The notes: generated by a model not told the origin, from the sequence alone. A stretch of DNA of 64,000 bases from Antedon mediterranea (GCF_964355755.1 NC_092675.1:17828912-17892911); one strand, 5' to 3'. Positions 25,301 to 35,083 are shown, numbered from the stretch's first letter. Numbers and translations are program-made.

Positions 25301-27635
25301 CTCTGAAAATGTTAGCCAATGCACTAGTTATTCCTTTATTTGATTATTGTAGTTGTGTCTGGTCAAATTGTAAAGTAAACTTTTCAGATTCTCTTCAAAT
25401 TTTATTAAATAGATTAAGGTAGAATATTATTATCTGTAGATATCAAAACTCATGTTAGTGATATCCTAAACTCACTTGGTTGGAGTACACTAAAGGACAA
25501 ATGGAATGAACATATTCTAATATTACTTTTCAAGTGCCTAAATGGACATGCACCACCCTATTTATCAACTCAATTTATATTTACTGAAGATAGTCACAAT
25601 AAAGGTACACGAAGTCAAAGTAACAACACTTTGATAATACCTAAATGGAATAATACTCAAGGTAAAAGAACTTTTAATTACAGATCTACAAAATTATGGA
25701 ACTTTTTACCAAACAAAATAAAAAATGATCTTTATGATATGACAGTATCAACTTTCAAATCACAAATTTCAAAACTTTAATTTTAATTCAAAACTAAATC
25801 TAATTAATGCTCAATAATTAAAACTTCTTTTATCTTGTTTCAAAATCTCAATTATTTATGTTTTAACCTTTAAATGTGCTTACTTTAATTGTGTTAATTT
25901 GATTTTGATAATTTTAGGTTCAATTTTATATTTTCTTTTGTCCATTTATATACTGTATTTTGTTTACATTTATGTAGTTAAGAACTGAACCACTTTGGAA
26001 ATCAGTACATTGTATTGAAAGTGTATTTCAGAATAAAGAAAGATTAAATAAATAAAAAAAATATGCTTATTGTTCGGAAACTTCAGTAAAAATTGCTCTG
26101 TAATATTTTCTAGTGAAGTAGTGAATGTTAATGCTAAATTTCATCACATACACTATAACCTCCAAAACATAACTTACATTGATAGCCACCATAACTACTT
26201 CTCTGTGGGTAGAAGTGCCAAAAGAGGTAGGCTTGTCCATCAGTGATAAATCAGGTTTTTGATCTGCAAGAACCAACGTTTTCCATAACCACTTTTTGAA
26301 CCTGTAAACAGAAAATGTAGGTAAAATGCATAAGAATATACAAGTACAAACAGTCGCCATTTTATTATCTTTTTTTTTTATCATTTAAGGTCAGATTTTA
26401 AAGTGGGTCATGTTGATTCATGTGTATGTTGGAATGTATAATAAAAGAATTTAAAATACTAGAGGGTGAGCTCGCTTCGCTCGCTCCCCCTCTAGGAAGT
26501 GTAGACGATAGTTCTCGGAATGATAATGACTCGGGACGTAAAAAGTTTTAGAAGGACATTCTGGCCTGGACAATTTTGGTCGGTTACCATTATTTAAATG
26601 CTTTTGATATTCGTAAAACTAAACATACTCACAAACCTAAGTGTTAGTCTTAGATGATTAATAGCGTTTGAAAAGTGGTAAAAAAGAATAACAAATGCTT
26701 GGTAAATTGTAGATAACAGTCAGAAGAAATCTACTAAAAATAATATAATTGTGTTATAAATATGGTTGAGTAGCGAGATAATTATTTTAATTGATGTTTT
26801 ATTGGGGAGGTGTTCCGGGCGTTTATTCAAATAAATACCATCCTAATTGGTATAATTAATACATTATGTGGCTAAAGAAGGAAGACATTTTAGACGGCTT
26901 GCAACATGGGCAGAAGTATCCCAGGGTCCTGACGGGACACAGATAGCGCACAGTATACATAAAGTCCTGGAAGCTTACTCAACAACTCGGCTATCGGGGT
27001 TTCATTGATTTCAAAACAAAAGCTCTTATCATCAATTCTCTCGATGTAATGTAATTTTATGTAATTATTTCCCACAATTTACTCCTATGTTTCATGAATG
27101 TATTTAATTTGATCTTTATGTACTACTATACCTTCACACGCTTTACCTATCGCCACCAAGCACCAACGGCCAACTTAGTTGAAACAGGTACAGTAGTTGT
27201 TTTACAACTCCCTGGTTGAAAACAACACCTTACCGTGAACCCGGAAATTACTTCTACCGCGCATAGAGTTAAAATTTACCGATTGAAATCAGAAAATTTC
27301 TTATAAAACCCTTTATAATATCTTCCTAAGATAGGAATATGGAACAATAGCGTCGAACTGAAAACTAATGTTATCAAATCTACGTTTCGCGGTACATCTA
27401 AGATAGATAAAGTAGGTATCCAAGGCGGAGATTTAAACCGAAGTTTTTGCATTGTGCTCGCCTATGTCAGAATTAACCATAATTTATATATAGATATGCA
27501 CCTTGGTGGGTCCGATTGAGTAATCAGTCCGACGTGTGGTGATAGATACTCCAGTAATGTAAGAGGTTCACCAAAACATTCAAGTGTGGCATTTCTTTTT
27601 CGTTTATATTTTACTTCGCTGCTACTCTCAGCCAT
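10244..27635 (-). CDS. TERT: Telomerase reverse transcriptase, complete 29-coding-exon gene (~1049 aa; an alternative in-frame ATG at 27677 adds 14 aa)
   Basis: Phase-consistent exons: 27635-27502, 26301-26178, 25084-25034, 24719-24619, 24394-24303, 23935-23561, 23203-23121, 22771-22701, 22352-22261, 21849-21679, 21457-21387, 20787-20641, 19832-19736, 19425-19388, 19105-18992, 18620-18573, 18371-18268, 17482-17386, 16923-16759, 16136-16062, 15664-15539, 14607-14523, 13884-13792, 13695-13615, 13189-13080, 12687-12558, 11581-11476, 10800-10698, 10309-10244 (3150 nt, no internal stop). Motifs: ENVLTFG, AYVQITG, IWGSKSN, FYVTE...FYRK..W, LRFVPK..CRPIVN, YFVKTDIQKCFDSI, QG, DDYLFVT, FPWCG, LLQAYRFH, PALPEDFKSI*. 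Confidence 0.95.
10698..10800 (-). CDS. TERT: TERT exon 28 (CTE)
   Basis: WLGCKAAITKFEQHPSLYKKLIKLL. Confidence 0.88.
11000..11280. mobile_element. MITE, family B (TTAA-flanked, AGATGTAT termini; Kolobok-like)
   Basis: TTAAAGATGTAT...ATACATCTTTAA; related copy at 31858-32317 and a partial end near 28660. Confidence 0.75.
11476..11581 (-). CDS. TERT: TERT exon 27 (CTE)
   Basis: MLFRLFSKFY...SEVIW; in phase. Confidence 0.85.
11673..11781. mobile_element. Palindromic MITE
   Basis: ~35-bp TIR AAGCTCTGTGTACACTATCAAACTAGTTTGACAAA and its inverse. Confidence 0.85.
11836..12060 (-). mobile_element. L2/CR1-clade LINE 3' fragment
   Basis: TYGDRAFAVAAPKLWNNLP peptide followed by an AGCGCTT...AAGCGCTATATAAAT tail. 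Confidence 0.75.
12558..12687 (-). CDS. TERT: TERT exon 26 (CTE)
   Basis: INKKEICLKNIYEMFLLQAYRFHSY..LP...NP. Confidence 0.94.
13080..13189 (-). CDS. TERT: TERT exon 25 (CTE)
   Basis: MRFTMSI...MESKL...IYVDPK. Confidence 0.87.
13615..13695 (-). CDS. TERT: TERT exon 24 (RT motif E)
   Basis: LFPWCGILVNPETLDVMNDYSRY. Confidence 0.94.
13792..13884 (-). CDS. TERT: TERT exon 23 (RT motif D)
   Basis: GIEGFGCKVRFDKTLANFP. Confidence 0.92.
13999..14101. mobile_element. MITE, family A
   Basis: AAAGCTGGTTTTCCA...TGGCAACCAAGCTT. Confidence 0.65.
14523..14607 (-). CDS. TERT: TERT exon 22 (RT motif C)
   Basis: ILVRQTDDYLFVT...AEHFL. Confidence 0.93.
14941..15055 (-). pseudogene. 5S rRNA-derived sequence (5S pseudogene or SINE3 head)
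   Basis: Minus strand reads TACGG..TACCATGTTGAAACACCGGTTCTC..GATCACC.AAGTTAAGC...GATGGGAGACCACCTGGGAATATCGGGTGCTG, a near full-length diverged 5S followed by TTTT. Confidence 0.85.
15539..15664 (-). CDS. TERT: TERT exon 21 (RT motif B')
   Basis: IGGRYFIRQCGIDQGGSTSAIFTSLYYGYME. Confidence 0.92.
16062..16136 (-). CDS. TERT: TERT exon 20 (IFD)
   Basis: VWTKFYDSREIVAILKQLLMHNIVK. Confidence 0.88.
16470..16580 (+). mobile_element. Helentron-associated (HINE/DINE-1-like) short element
   Basis: Homologous to 31956-32069; ACCG-type microsatellite and 3' hairpin AGTCGC...GCGACT. Confidence 0.55.
16759..16923 (-). CDS. TERT: TERT exon 19 (IFD)
   Basis: AGFFVVEPYTVV...NNVFINK; open, phase 0-0. Confidence 0.85.
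17386..17482 (-). CDS. TERT: TERT exon 18 (RT motif A)
   Basis: PLYFVKTDIQKCFDSILPDRL. Confidence 0.95.
17548..17706. mobile_element. Tc1/mariner-type MITE
   Basis: AGTAGAATCC...GGTTCCACTGTA termini with GGGGACAC/GGGGTGTCCCC internal repeats; related pieces near 15180 and 19881-20035. Confidence 0.55.
17767..18078. mobile_element. piggyBac-like non-autonomous element
   Basis: TTAA-CACATTGACTGCCA...TGGCAGTGAACGTG-TTAA. Confidence 0.7.
18268..18371 (-). CDS. TERT: TERT exon 17 (motif 3)
   Basis: PSMIGASLKGFSDFYPRWKKFVL, cf. [23 protein letters not shown]. Confidence 0.9.
18573..18620 (-). CDS. TERT: TERT exon 16
   Basis: ALSNQRVVFDILTGIV; CTAG| and |GTAAGT. Confidence 0.82.
18992..19105 (-). 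CDS. TERT: TERT exon 15 (RT motifs 1, 2)
   Basis: SNLRFVPKQSSCRPIVN. Confidence 0.94.
19388..19425 (-). CDS. TERT: TERT exon 14 (38 nt)
   Basis: ELKNGTFKAINK; required to restore phase 1 to phase 0. Confidence 0.8.
19736..19832 (-). CDS. TERT: TERT exon 13 (T motif)
   Basis: TSFYVTETHVSRHELVFYRKVVWNKI. Confidence 0.95.
20066..20238. mobile_element. Tc1/mariner-type MITE
   Basis: TACAGTCAACCCTCAATACC...GGTATTGGGAGAGTTGACTGTTA. Confidence 0.7.
20641..20787 (-). CDS. TERT: TERT exon 12
   Basis: VTDCEWV...LYYWIMNGYVMQLLH. Confidence 0.9.
20870..21192 (-). mobile_element. Composite SINE: partial 5S head, tRNA-like A/B boxes, CORE-like and Deu-like domains
   Basis: GAAGTTAAGCAA...GGATGGGAGACC...GGTGCTG, then TGGTGTAGTG / GGGTTTGAGTC, CCTTAGGCAAG, and TTAAAGAA...TTCGACAAGAGTAGGG. 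Confidence 0.6.
21387..21457 (-). CDS. TERT: TERT exon 11
   Basis: VKMFLSLGRLEKINIQELTSKIK, cf. [21 protein letters not shown]. Confidence 0.9.
21458..21678 (-). other. Putative U12-type (minor spliceosome) GT-AG intron, TERT coding intron 10
   Basis: 5' site GTATCCTTT; branch-like TTTTCCCTTAAT about 10 nt before the 3' AAAG; no polypyrimidine tract between them. Confidence 0.8.
21679..21849 (-). CDS. TERT: TERT exon 10 (QFP motif)
   Basis: EVYAFVKNRLLQNIPLQIWGSKSNRNAFL; donor GTATCCTTT. Confidence 0.9.
22261..22352 (-). CDS. TERT: TERT exon 9 (CP motif)
   Basis: YCSPLRFLDIFCKVP. Confidence 0.87.
22701..22771 (-). CDS. TERT: TERT exon 8 (TRBD, CP region)
   Basis: KRIPKRYIKIEELLREFLKRH. 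Confidence 0.9.
23121..23203 (-). CDS. TERT: TERT exon 7
   Basis: SVRQLLTSIFF, cf. GARRLVETIFL. Confidence 0.8.
23561..23935 (-). CDS. TERT: TERT exon 6 (Lys/Glu-rich linker)
   Basis: GKPISG...KRRRIEKE...KICYNKSGVEKINSS; 375 nt, phase 1-1. Confidence 0.85.
24303..24394 (-). CDS. TERT: TERT exon 5 (TEN, GQ motif)
   Basis: IGENLMLHLLCRTSLF...CAYVQITG. Confidence 0.92.
24619..24719 (-). CDS. TERT: TERT exon 4 (TEN)
   Basis: YVKGNF...PVWKTLYNR; AG/GT ends, in phase. Confidence 0.85.
25034..25084 (-). CDS. TERT: TERT exon 3 (TEN)
   Basis: KLLSSGKENVLTFGLFQ, cf. conserved NVLAFG. Confidence 0.9.
25180..26055 (+). mobile_element. 5'-truncated CR1/L2-clade (Crack-like) LINE, antisense in TERT intron 2
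   Basis: Degenerate ORF2 C-terminus LTWADHI...KRIGVIRRIK...VIPLFDYCSCVWSN; stem-loop plus AATAAA...(TAAA)n tail. Confidence 0.85.
26178..26301 (-). CDS. TERT: TERT exon 2 (TEN)
   Basis: FKKWLWKTLVLAD...HREVVMVAIN|GTAAGT. Confidence 0.85.
27502..27635 (-). CDS. TERT: TERT coding exon 1 (TEN start)
   Basis: MAESSSE...LTLLEYL...LITQSDPP; donor AAG|GTGCAT; joins in phase to RFKKWL. Confidence 0.75.
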
Positions 27636-27712
27636 CTCTCTTTTCCACAGATTGGTCTTTAGCAGTCCATGTTGCATTTATTAAGCTATGTATGTAGTTT
27701 GCTGGAGTTGTC

Positions 27713-27777
27713 CTAAAACAAAACATGATCAAATGAAAGACAGGAATGAAATATAAGCAAGCAATTAAGAGTCCTAC
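27713..27777 (-). other. Candidate short 5'UTR intron of TERT
   Basis: CAG|GTAGGA donor at 27777 and TGTTTTAG| acceptor at 27713, upstream of the ATG. Confidence 0.35.
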
Positions 27778-29058
27778 CTGTCGCCTGCTTGTTCGTCGCT
27801 AGGTCAATCAATTGAGTGGCCCACCCTCAACAATAATTTCCATATCCATCATTTGCGAAAATAACATTTTCTTTCTTGAAAAATACATTTTGCGAATACA
27901 TTTAGCCATCAGTTAGCTAGGCCTAATAATATTAGTAGGCCCTAAAACTAATATAAATTATTTTTTCCTATACAAATTTGATTAATTTGTTCAGTTTTAG
28001 TTTTTCACACTGCTTTAGCCAGCTATATCCCCAGAGGACTACTTATTCAGAAGCTATATCAAGCAGAAGTTATAGTTCCAGAGACTGACATTTTTTAGAT
28101 TTTGTAAACTAGGACAGGTCATGCTCAAATTACAAACCCCAAAGCACATCTTATTTGCTGATAAATACAGTATTATTGAGATGCATGTAGACAGTAATCT
28201 GTAAAATCTTGTTCAATAAATAATGACTTTGTTCTTGCTGTCAACCTAAGCCAGCATTATAATAATTCACCATCAAATCAAAACATTATTTTGGCTGTCT
28301 AGGCTGGTATTTACAATTGTCATATTCGATTGGGAACTTTCGTTGTCAACGTAAAGATTCGTTGAGTACTTTTTGTATTCGAATTGTAAATTTGTGCTCG
28401 ACAGAAAGTCATTCGAATAGAAAACGTTGACAACGAAAGCTTTTTCGTTAAGAACAATCTCAACGCTCAAAATACTCCGTTAAAGAAGTACTCAACAGAA
28501 AAACTGTACTCAACGGTGAAAGTCTAAATCGAATACGACAAATGAGTCCTATTTGACTGTCAATCTAGACCGATATTATAATAATAATAATTCACTGTCA
28601 GGTAATCATTGAATTATTATCTAAACATTCAAAGACAAATTTGAAATAAAAAATATTTTTCAGGGGGACAATAGGCTATATCTTTAAAACTGTAACGTCA
28701 ACAAGCAAGAAATATTTCTTGTTTAATGTATGACGAAATTACCATAAATGGATACAAATTACGAACGAACGAATTAAACCAACGGCCGAATATAAGTGTG
28801 TGGCGAATTTGGCGTTTCATAGATTTTCAGTTTATTGCGGCCACTTTTTTATCTGTTCTCTCTCGCTAACTATGATCATGTATAAATATCGTGAAACGTC
28901 TTTCTTACCAAAACTGTTCATCACACGAATGTATGTATGCACCAAAAAGGCTAGGCCTCCTAGCTAGGCGACATCATCCAAGTGCCGCTGTTGTGCGAGC
29001 GTCACGTCTGCTCCTCCTGACCAAAGATTGCAGGCTCTGCGCGAGAATGCGTCCTAAC

Positions 29059-29885
29059 CAGAGCCATATATATAAAGAGTTACGACATTGAAAATTAGAA
29101 GCAGAATTAGAAGTCAAAGAATTCGCACGCTGAGGGCGCGCGCGTCTATTTTGTATAGCGTTTTCCTGTAGTTCATGCATTATTTTTAGATTTTGTTGTC
29201 TATGAAATAACGCTTAGATTCCGTTTTTATTTTAGTAATTAATTTTATTAATGGTATTAATTTGGTAACATATATATATTGTGTCTACAATAACAAAAGA
29301 ATAAATGCTAGGGCCTACATGTAAGTCAGGATACATCAAAGCATGAACCAATACAAAAAACACACAAATTCACCCCTCTTTTTATACAGTATATGGCTCT
29401 CTGTGTGTTTTTGACACAAACTTTCAGAGACTCGTTCATCATTTCATTTGTAATAATTTGCCTTTATTATTTTAATATTGTTCATACCCTATTCAATATA
29501 TTAACAAATATATCCACGACACTTTATTATTTTATTTCGTCATCAAAGCATGCATTATGAATTGAAAATATTACATAATTGTTATTAATATAATAATAGG
29601 ACGTAGTTATGGGATGTTTTGTTCCAAAATCAATCAATCAAACGTTATAATGTACTAGCGCACGCGCGCGCAATATTCTTTGGCGCAAGTACTTCTGTAC
29701 GCTGTGCACATCGATATTTCATCGTAAAATGTGCAATTACATTTTTTTTAATACAAGAAAAAATTGAAAGTATTTTGTTGCTCCTATACTTTACATGCAT
29801 TAATGCAGACAAGTTTGACACATTTTGATCTGCATATCACGTGACTATAATCCAATGTCGTAACTCTTTATATAATATGGCTCTG
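29059..29885. mobile_element. hAT-like non-autonomous DNA transposon with intact TSD
   Basis: ~32-bp TIRs CAGAGCCATAT...AAAGAGTTACGACATTG and inverse, flanked by the identical 8-bp GTCCTAAC. Confidence 0.85.
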
Positions 29886-30999
29886 GTCCTAACTAATTGA
29901 AAGCACGCCCTCTGTAAGTTGAGAATATACACAGTATGGCGTACACAAACTGTCAAAATCTAAACTTCGGCTAATATTCAAATCGTACTTACTGTCGGTG
30001 AGTTGGTCGGTATGTCAAAATTGAGTTAGTCCATTATTAACTGCGTTACAGTTCAATTCGACTGCAAATTATAAACTAAAAGCTTGAATGAAACGAAAAG
30101 GCTGATCGATTCTCTTCCGGACAAAGTTTATTAAAATTACCTTTCAAATAGATCCATATATTATTATATATCCGGACACTATGCTTTGTTAAAAAGATCA
30201 TTACAACCGGTTTTATTCACACTATATTTAACATTAAATATGTATTATTATCAACACTTTACATACACTGATATAGAACTGCTGAATTTGTGTTACAATC
30301 ATTTATATACAGTAAATTTTTACCATGATGTTATGAAAATCATATCATGACTATATGAAATAAATTCCCGGTAGACTTTGGCCTCAATCCGGGACTGGTT
30401 CGCAGATTTAATAGACCACACCCGGCACCAACGATAAATGGAGATAAGTTTATGTCTACGTTTATGAGACTGCCCTTCAATAAACATTGAATAAGTCACC
30501 AATTCTTTATTACGTCATAAATCAAAAGGCCTACCCTACCTTTTTTAATTAATTTTTTCATTAATTAATCAGTCCATCGTGTGTATGATTAAAACAATAT
30601 ATCTGAACTAAATCATAATATTATAATGCAACTTTCTTTACTGTAAAGTCACAAAAGTACATGACATCAATAACCGACATCAGGGAAGTATAGGATCATG
30701 CTAAGCAACCTGTACAACACTGACATTGTGTTAACAGTCGTAGTCTATTACTTTGCTTTTCTTAATCGATACAAAGGAATAATAGCCACAACTGTCATGT
30801 ATCGTCTTTTAAAGTATCATTTGGTAATTCACCTATGTTTCATTATTATGAATATAGTTGTTCAATTAAATTTATATTATTGTCCGTAACATCCGTACGC
30901 TTTTTTTTATTTATTCTCATTACAATTTTATCAAGCTTATTTTCTTTATTCGTGCCCGTCTCAACTTGAATAATATGCGAACAGTATGTTACAATCATT

Positions 31000-31600
31000 C
31001 TTATTTACATTCTTATCATTTTTTAAAACATCACAATCATTACCATCGTATTCATAATTACCATCATCATTATCATCATCATTTAATAATATCATCAACA
31101 ATGATCATCATTATTCTCATAATCTTGATCCACCACCATGCATCACCACCAAACACCATTTCATCAATTTATATGACAAGACCGTCATCACTGTCACCAG
31201 TTCCGGTATCACCATCATTCCCATCATTATAAGAGCAGGTGGGAGCAGCTTATCTGTTTTCTAAGGGTTTAGGAAAGTTAAATAATATAACACTCCTGGC
31301 GACAACGATTAAGGGCCTCAGCTTCTCCAACACCTATTAGCATAATCAACAGCAACAACAATCGGTCTCACTGTAATCATCGGGTAATCATCGCAATTAG
31401 CATTGTAGAATGATCTAGATTAACCGAATGTCATCATTATTATCATACTTCCAACATTGTTTTATATCATTATTAACGATCATTATAATCAATATCAATA
31501 TCTGAACAGTCATCATCGTCATCGGCACTAGCCATTTGTCCTTAAAAATATCCTCTATCCCAGCATCATTATCAACAACACCTAATCATCAACACCAACA
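31000..31600. repeat. Degenerate CAT/CAC/ATT low-complexity tract
   Basis: Abundant catcat/caccac/attatt triplets. Confidence 0.6.
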
Positions 31601-31857
31601 TATTTATTTATCAACTTAAAATGTCGAACTTAAATATATACGATAAGAGTAATGGTCGCTTAGAACCACCTGCTGTATAGTACAATTGAAAGAATATTCG
31701 ATCGTTGTACATTATTTAAAAATATTAATGTTATAATCATACTAAATTGTTGTCGTCGTCTGTGTCCTTGTCGCTGTCCTATATTCTACATACAGCTATC
31801 ATCAATTGATGTGAACCTACATCATGAATTTACTATATCATTACACCGACAATAAGT

Positions 31858-32317
31858 TTAAAGATGTATTGTCCCCTAAAAACATGAAACATATTAAATC
31901 AGACTTTGAATAGGTTATTTTATAGTTTTAATCAAGTTAATCACTTCCTTAGAAAAACAAGGCCATATACATGGCTGAAGTCGCGTGCTCAAGTTAGTGT
32001 TTACCGACTCACCGACCGACCAACCGACCGACCTAGTGAGCTGTAGAAGTCGCGTTGCATGTGACTAAACCCCCCCCCCCCCCCCAAAAAAAATGTTTTC
32101 ACTTATAAAATAACATAGTAAATGGATTCAATCAAAAACCAATTGGCTGTCAACCAATTTGATCATTTTTGCTTTAAATTACAGTTTTTCAGGTAAATAA
32201 ATTGTGTTTAGATTTTTGGTCAAAGTGGATAAATCACTACGGTATGTGACATTAAAATGGCATATTCAACAACGAAAATGTTAAAAGTTATTTTTCAGGG
32301 GGACAATACATCTTTAA
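31858..32317. mobile_element. MITE, family B, with nested HINE-like insertion (~31956-32069)
   Basis: TTAAAGATGTATTGTCCCC...GGGGACAATACATCTTTAA; inner segment matches 16470-16580. Confidence 0.8.
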
Positions 32318-33248
32318 GTGTAAAAAAAATTATTAGTTGCATCTCCCGGTCTGACGTGATGCTGTTTACATGAGGTATTATCGAGGAACAAGGCCCAAGG
32401 TTATGAATACATGTTTTATAACTAATATGTTAGGCAGCAAAATCACTAATAAAATATGTACACAAGTATTTACCAACAGTAACCCCCCTTAATAATCTCA
32501 AACAAAAACAACATTGATGGGTTAGAATCTGTGTACCAAATGGAAACATAAACATTAACCATTCAGCCAAAAATCTGGCTTTATAAACTATAAATCGCAC
32601 ATAACCCTACGTCAAACTGTACATCATAGCGCCATATGGAAGGTCTAAATTTATACCATAACTAATGTCATGCTTTATTCATGAATTCTGCCTTAAGAAG
32701 ATGGGAAGAAAAATAATGCCGCCATGCCATGATCCTCTATGACAAGACAGTAGGAGGCTACAGTAGGCCCGATGCACCCGCATTTTATATGGTAAAACTA
32801 AATCGACTTTCACAATTTAATTGCGCAACCCGAATGGAAAGACAGTAATGTGTATTGAAGATACTATCAGAATTCACAGTGCTTTGTAAGTTACGATTTC
32901 ACAAACAACGTGTACAAATTATAGGTACCAACAGATTGAAGATGACAATATAGCAGGTACATTTATTGTGATAGAAAGCGTTTTAAAGTTCACACAACAC
33001 TTAGCCAGTCCAGGTACCTGCATCGACTTGTTAACGAAAAACATAATTGCAATCGCCCCAGTTATCTTATCTTAATAATAATTCATCGTATTAAATGTGC
33101 TGAAATGTTTTGTCTTGAACTGTATACATCAGCAAAAAGCCCTTAATCACAGGTACGTCGATTCACTAATAACGTTTGACATACAACATTTACCGTCACA
33201 TTAGTGTTTACAAAATGAAATATACAAACGCCGTTTACTCATATATCC

Positions 33249-35083
33249 TTAATCCGAACTCTGGCGAAAGTTAGAGTTTTCAGTATCGAAATCTACAGAT
33301 AATACAGGTGAAGCAGGTGAAAGTTTTGGACCTGAAAACTGCTTTTTAAGAAACGGTTTATCTTGATTTTCGAATCTGGCTTGGTTTGATTTACGACTGT
33401 CGTTTCCCCACTTGTCTGTCCTCATTGCCATTGATTCAGTAGTTTGTGTTTGTAGAGTCGGTATTCTCTTGAGCCTCCAATATTCATCCTTGGGAGCACT
33501 TCGAAGAAAGCACCAGCAGATCCGGCGGAAGAAGGACTTGAATCCGTTTCGAAACTTCGCGTTCATCCAACAGTATATAATCGGGTTATATATGCAGTTA
33601 CTTAGACCGATACACAGGCAAGTAGTATGAATCAGTCGTAAGTTTTTGTAACATTGTATTTCGTTAGTTTTGTCGAAATCTTGCACGAGAGTGAACACGT
33701 GCTGGGGGAGGTAACACAGTGCAAACACTAAGACGATGAATGCCAGCATCTTGACAAGCTGTAAGAATAAATGTAACACCATGAAATTAAAAACATAAGC
33801 AATTTAGTATAGGCCTACTGTATAATTTTCGTCATGAGAACCAATATAATTTTCATACTATACTATTAGACTGTCAGTTACGATCTACCTTTTGACCGCG
33901 GGGAGAAGAATTGGGTACACGGGTACCGACGTACGTCATCATCGATAAACAGTTTTCTAACTTCTATAAAACTTGAAATATTGTAGTAGTAAGTAAAGCA
34001 TCAAGCTCTCCCTATTGCCTATTCAAAATGTTACATGTATTTTTTTTCATCTTTAAATTAATAGGTCGAGTCTTAAAGATTTGCGTTTATTCCACGGAAT
34101 TGAAAGAGGCATAATTTAAGGATTTATTGCTTATAAGTGGATTTGAATTGCTGCGCCATTTGTCAATACCCACTGCTGCATAATTCATCAATACTTTCAA
34201 CGATAACAAATTAACAGTGTGTGTGCGTAACTTATCGTTTATGGCACAATCAATTTCCGTTTTAATGTGCGCTACTGTGATGTAGAAGAAAATACACATA
34301 TGATAATGCACGGTTATCTATGCATGCTCAAAAGGCATCAATGCGAATAGTGAAATAGACTGGATATCAAACGAATTATTAACATACCTTGTTCTTTGTT
34401 TCACGTATTTTCTGGTCCCGTGTTTGTTCAACTTCGCCTGGTGTTTTGTGAGCCCAAACATTCCATCCAATAGTTCCATACGCTCCTGCTAGAATAACAA
34501 GCGGTATGCAATACTGTACCAACAACATTGAAATACTGTATGCAAACCTTTTCTGACTGTCCTTAACCGGATCGTAAAAATCCCACAGTTCCATGCAGTA
34601 CGTTACGTTTTCGTACATCACTACGTAGTTGTATACAAACGTAGGAACAGCAATGCCCAGCGATGCAAACCAAATGAGAATGATTATTATGATGACGTGA
34701 ATTGCTTCCATTTTCTTTCTGAAAGGGTATATAATTGCGAAGAAGCGATCCAGGCTTATAGCAACCAGTGTAAAGATACTGACAGAGATAGAAACGCTTT
34801 GAACATAACGAACTAATTTACATCCAACTTCACCAAGCGGCCAAGACTCGAACACCGACTCATAATAAGATAACTCAACGCAGAAAACTGCTACTAGTAA
34901 GTCACTAAACGCAACATTAACTATGAAATAGTTTGTAACTGTTCGCATGCATTTATTTCCTAGAACAATATAACATACGATAGCGTTTCCACCAATTCCT
35001 AAAAGCGTGATTACTGCGTAAAGAATACCGTATATAATGGCCGCCCATAGCGGTATACTATCAGGTACGCACACGTCGGACAT
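33249..35083 (-). CDS. Class A neuropeptide GPCR, RYamide/luqin-type receptor-like (~401 aa; coding exons 35083-34388 and 33758-33249)
   Basis: GN in TM1, MRTVTNYFIVN, SD in TM2, WPLG..GCKL, SLDRF, ICL3 TPGEVEQTRD, YNPIIYCWMNAKFRNGF; ATG in GCCATG context; phase-0 intron AAG|GTATGT...TACAG|. Confidence 0.88.

Noticed and set aside
30966-31232. His-rich 88-aa ORF
   Set aside because: By-product of CAT/CAC low-complexity sequence with a non-ATG start and no splice context.
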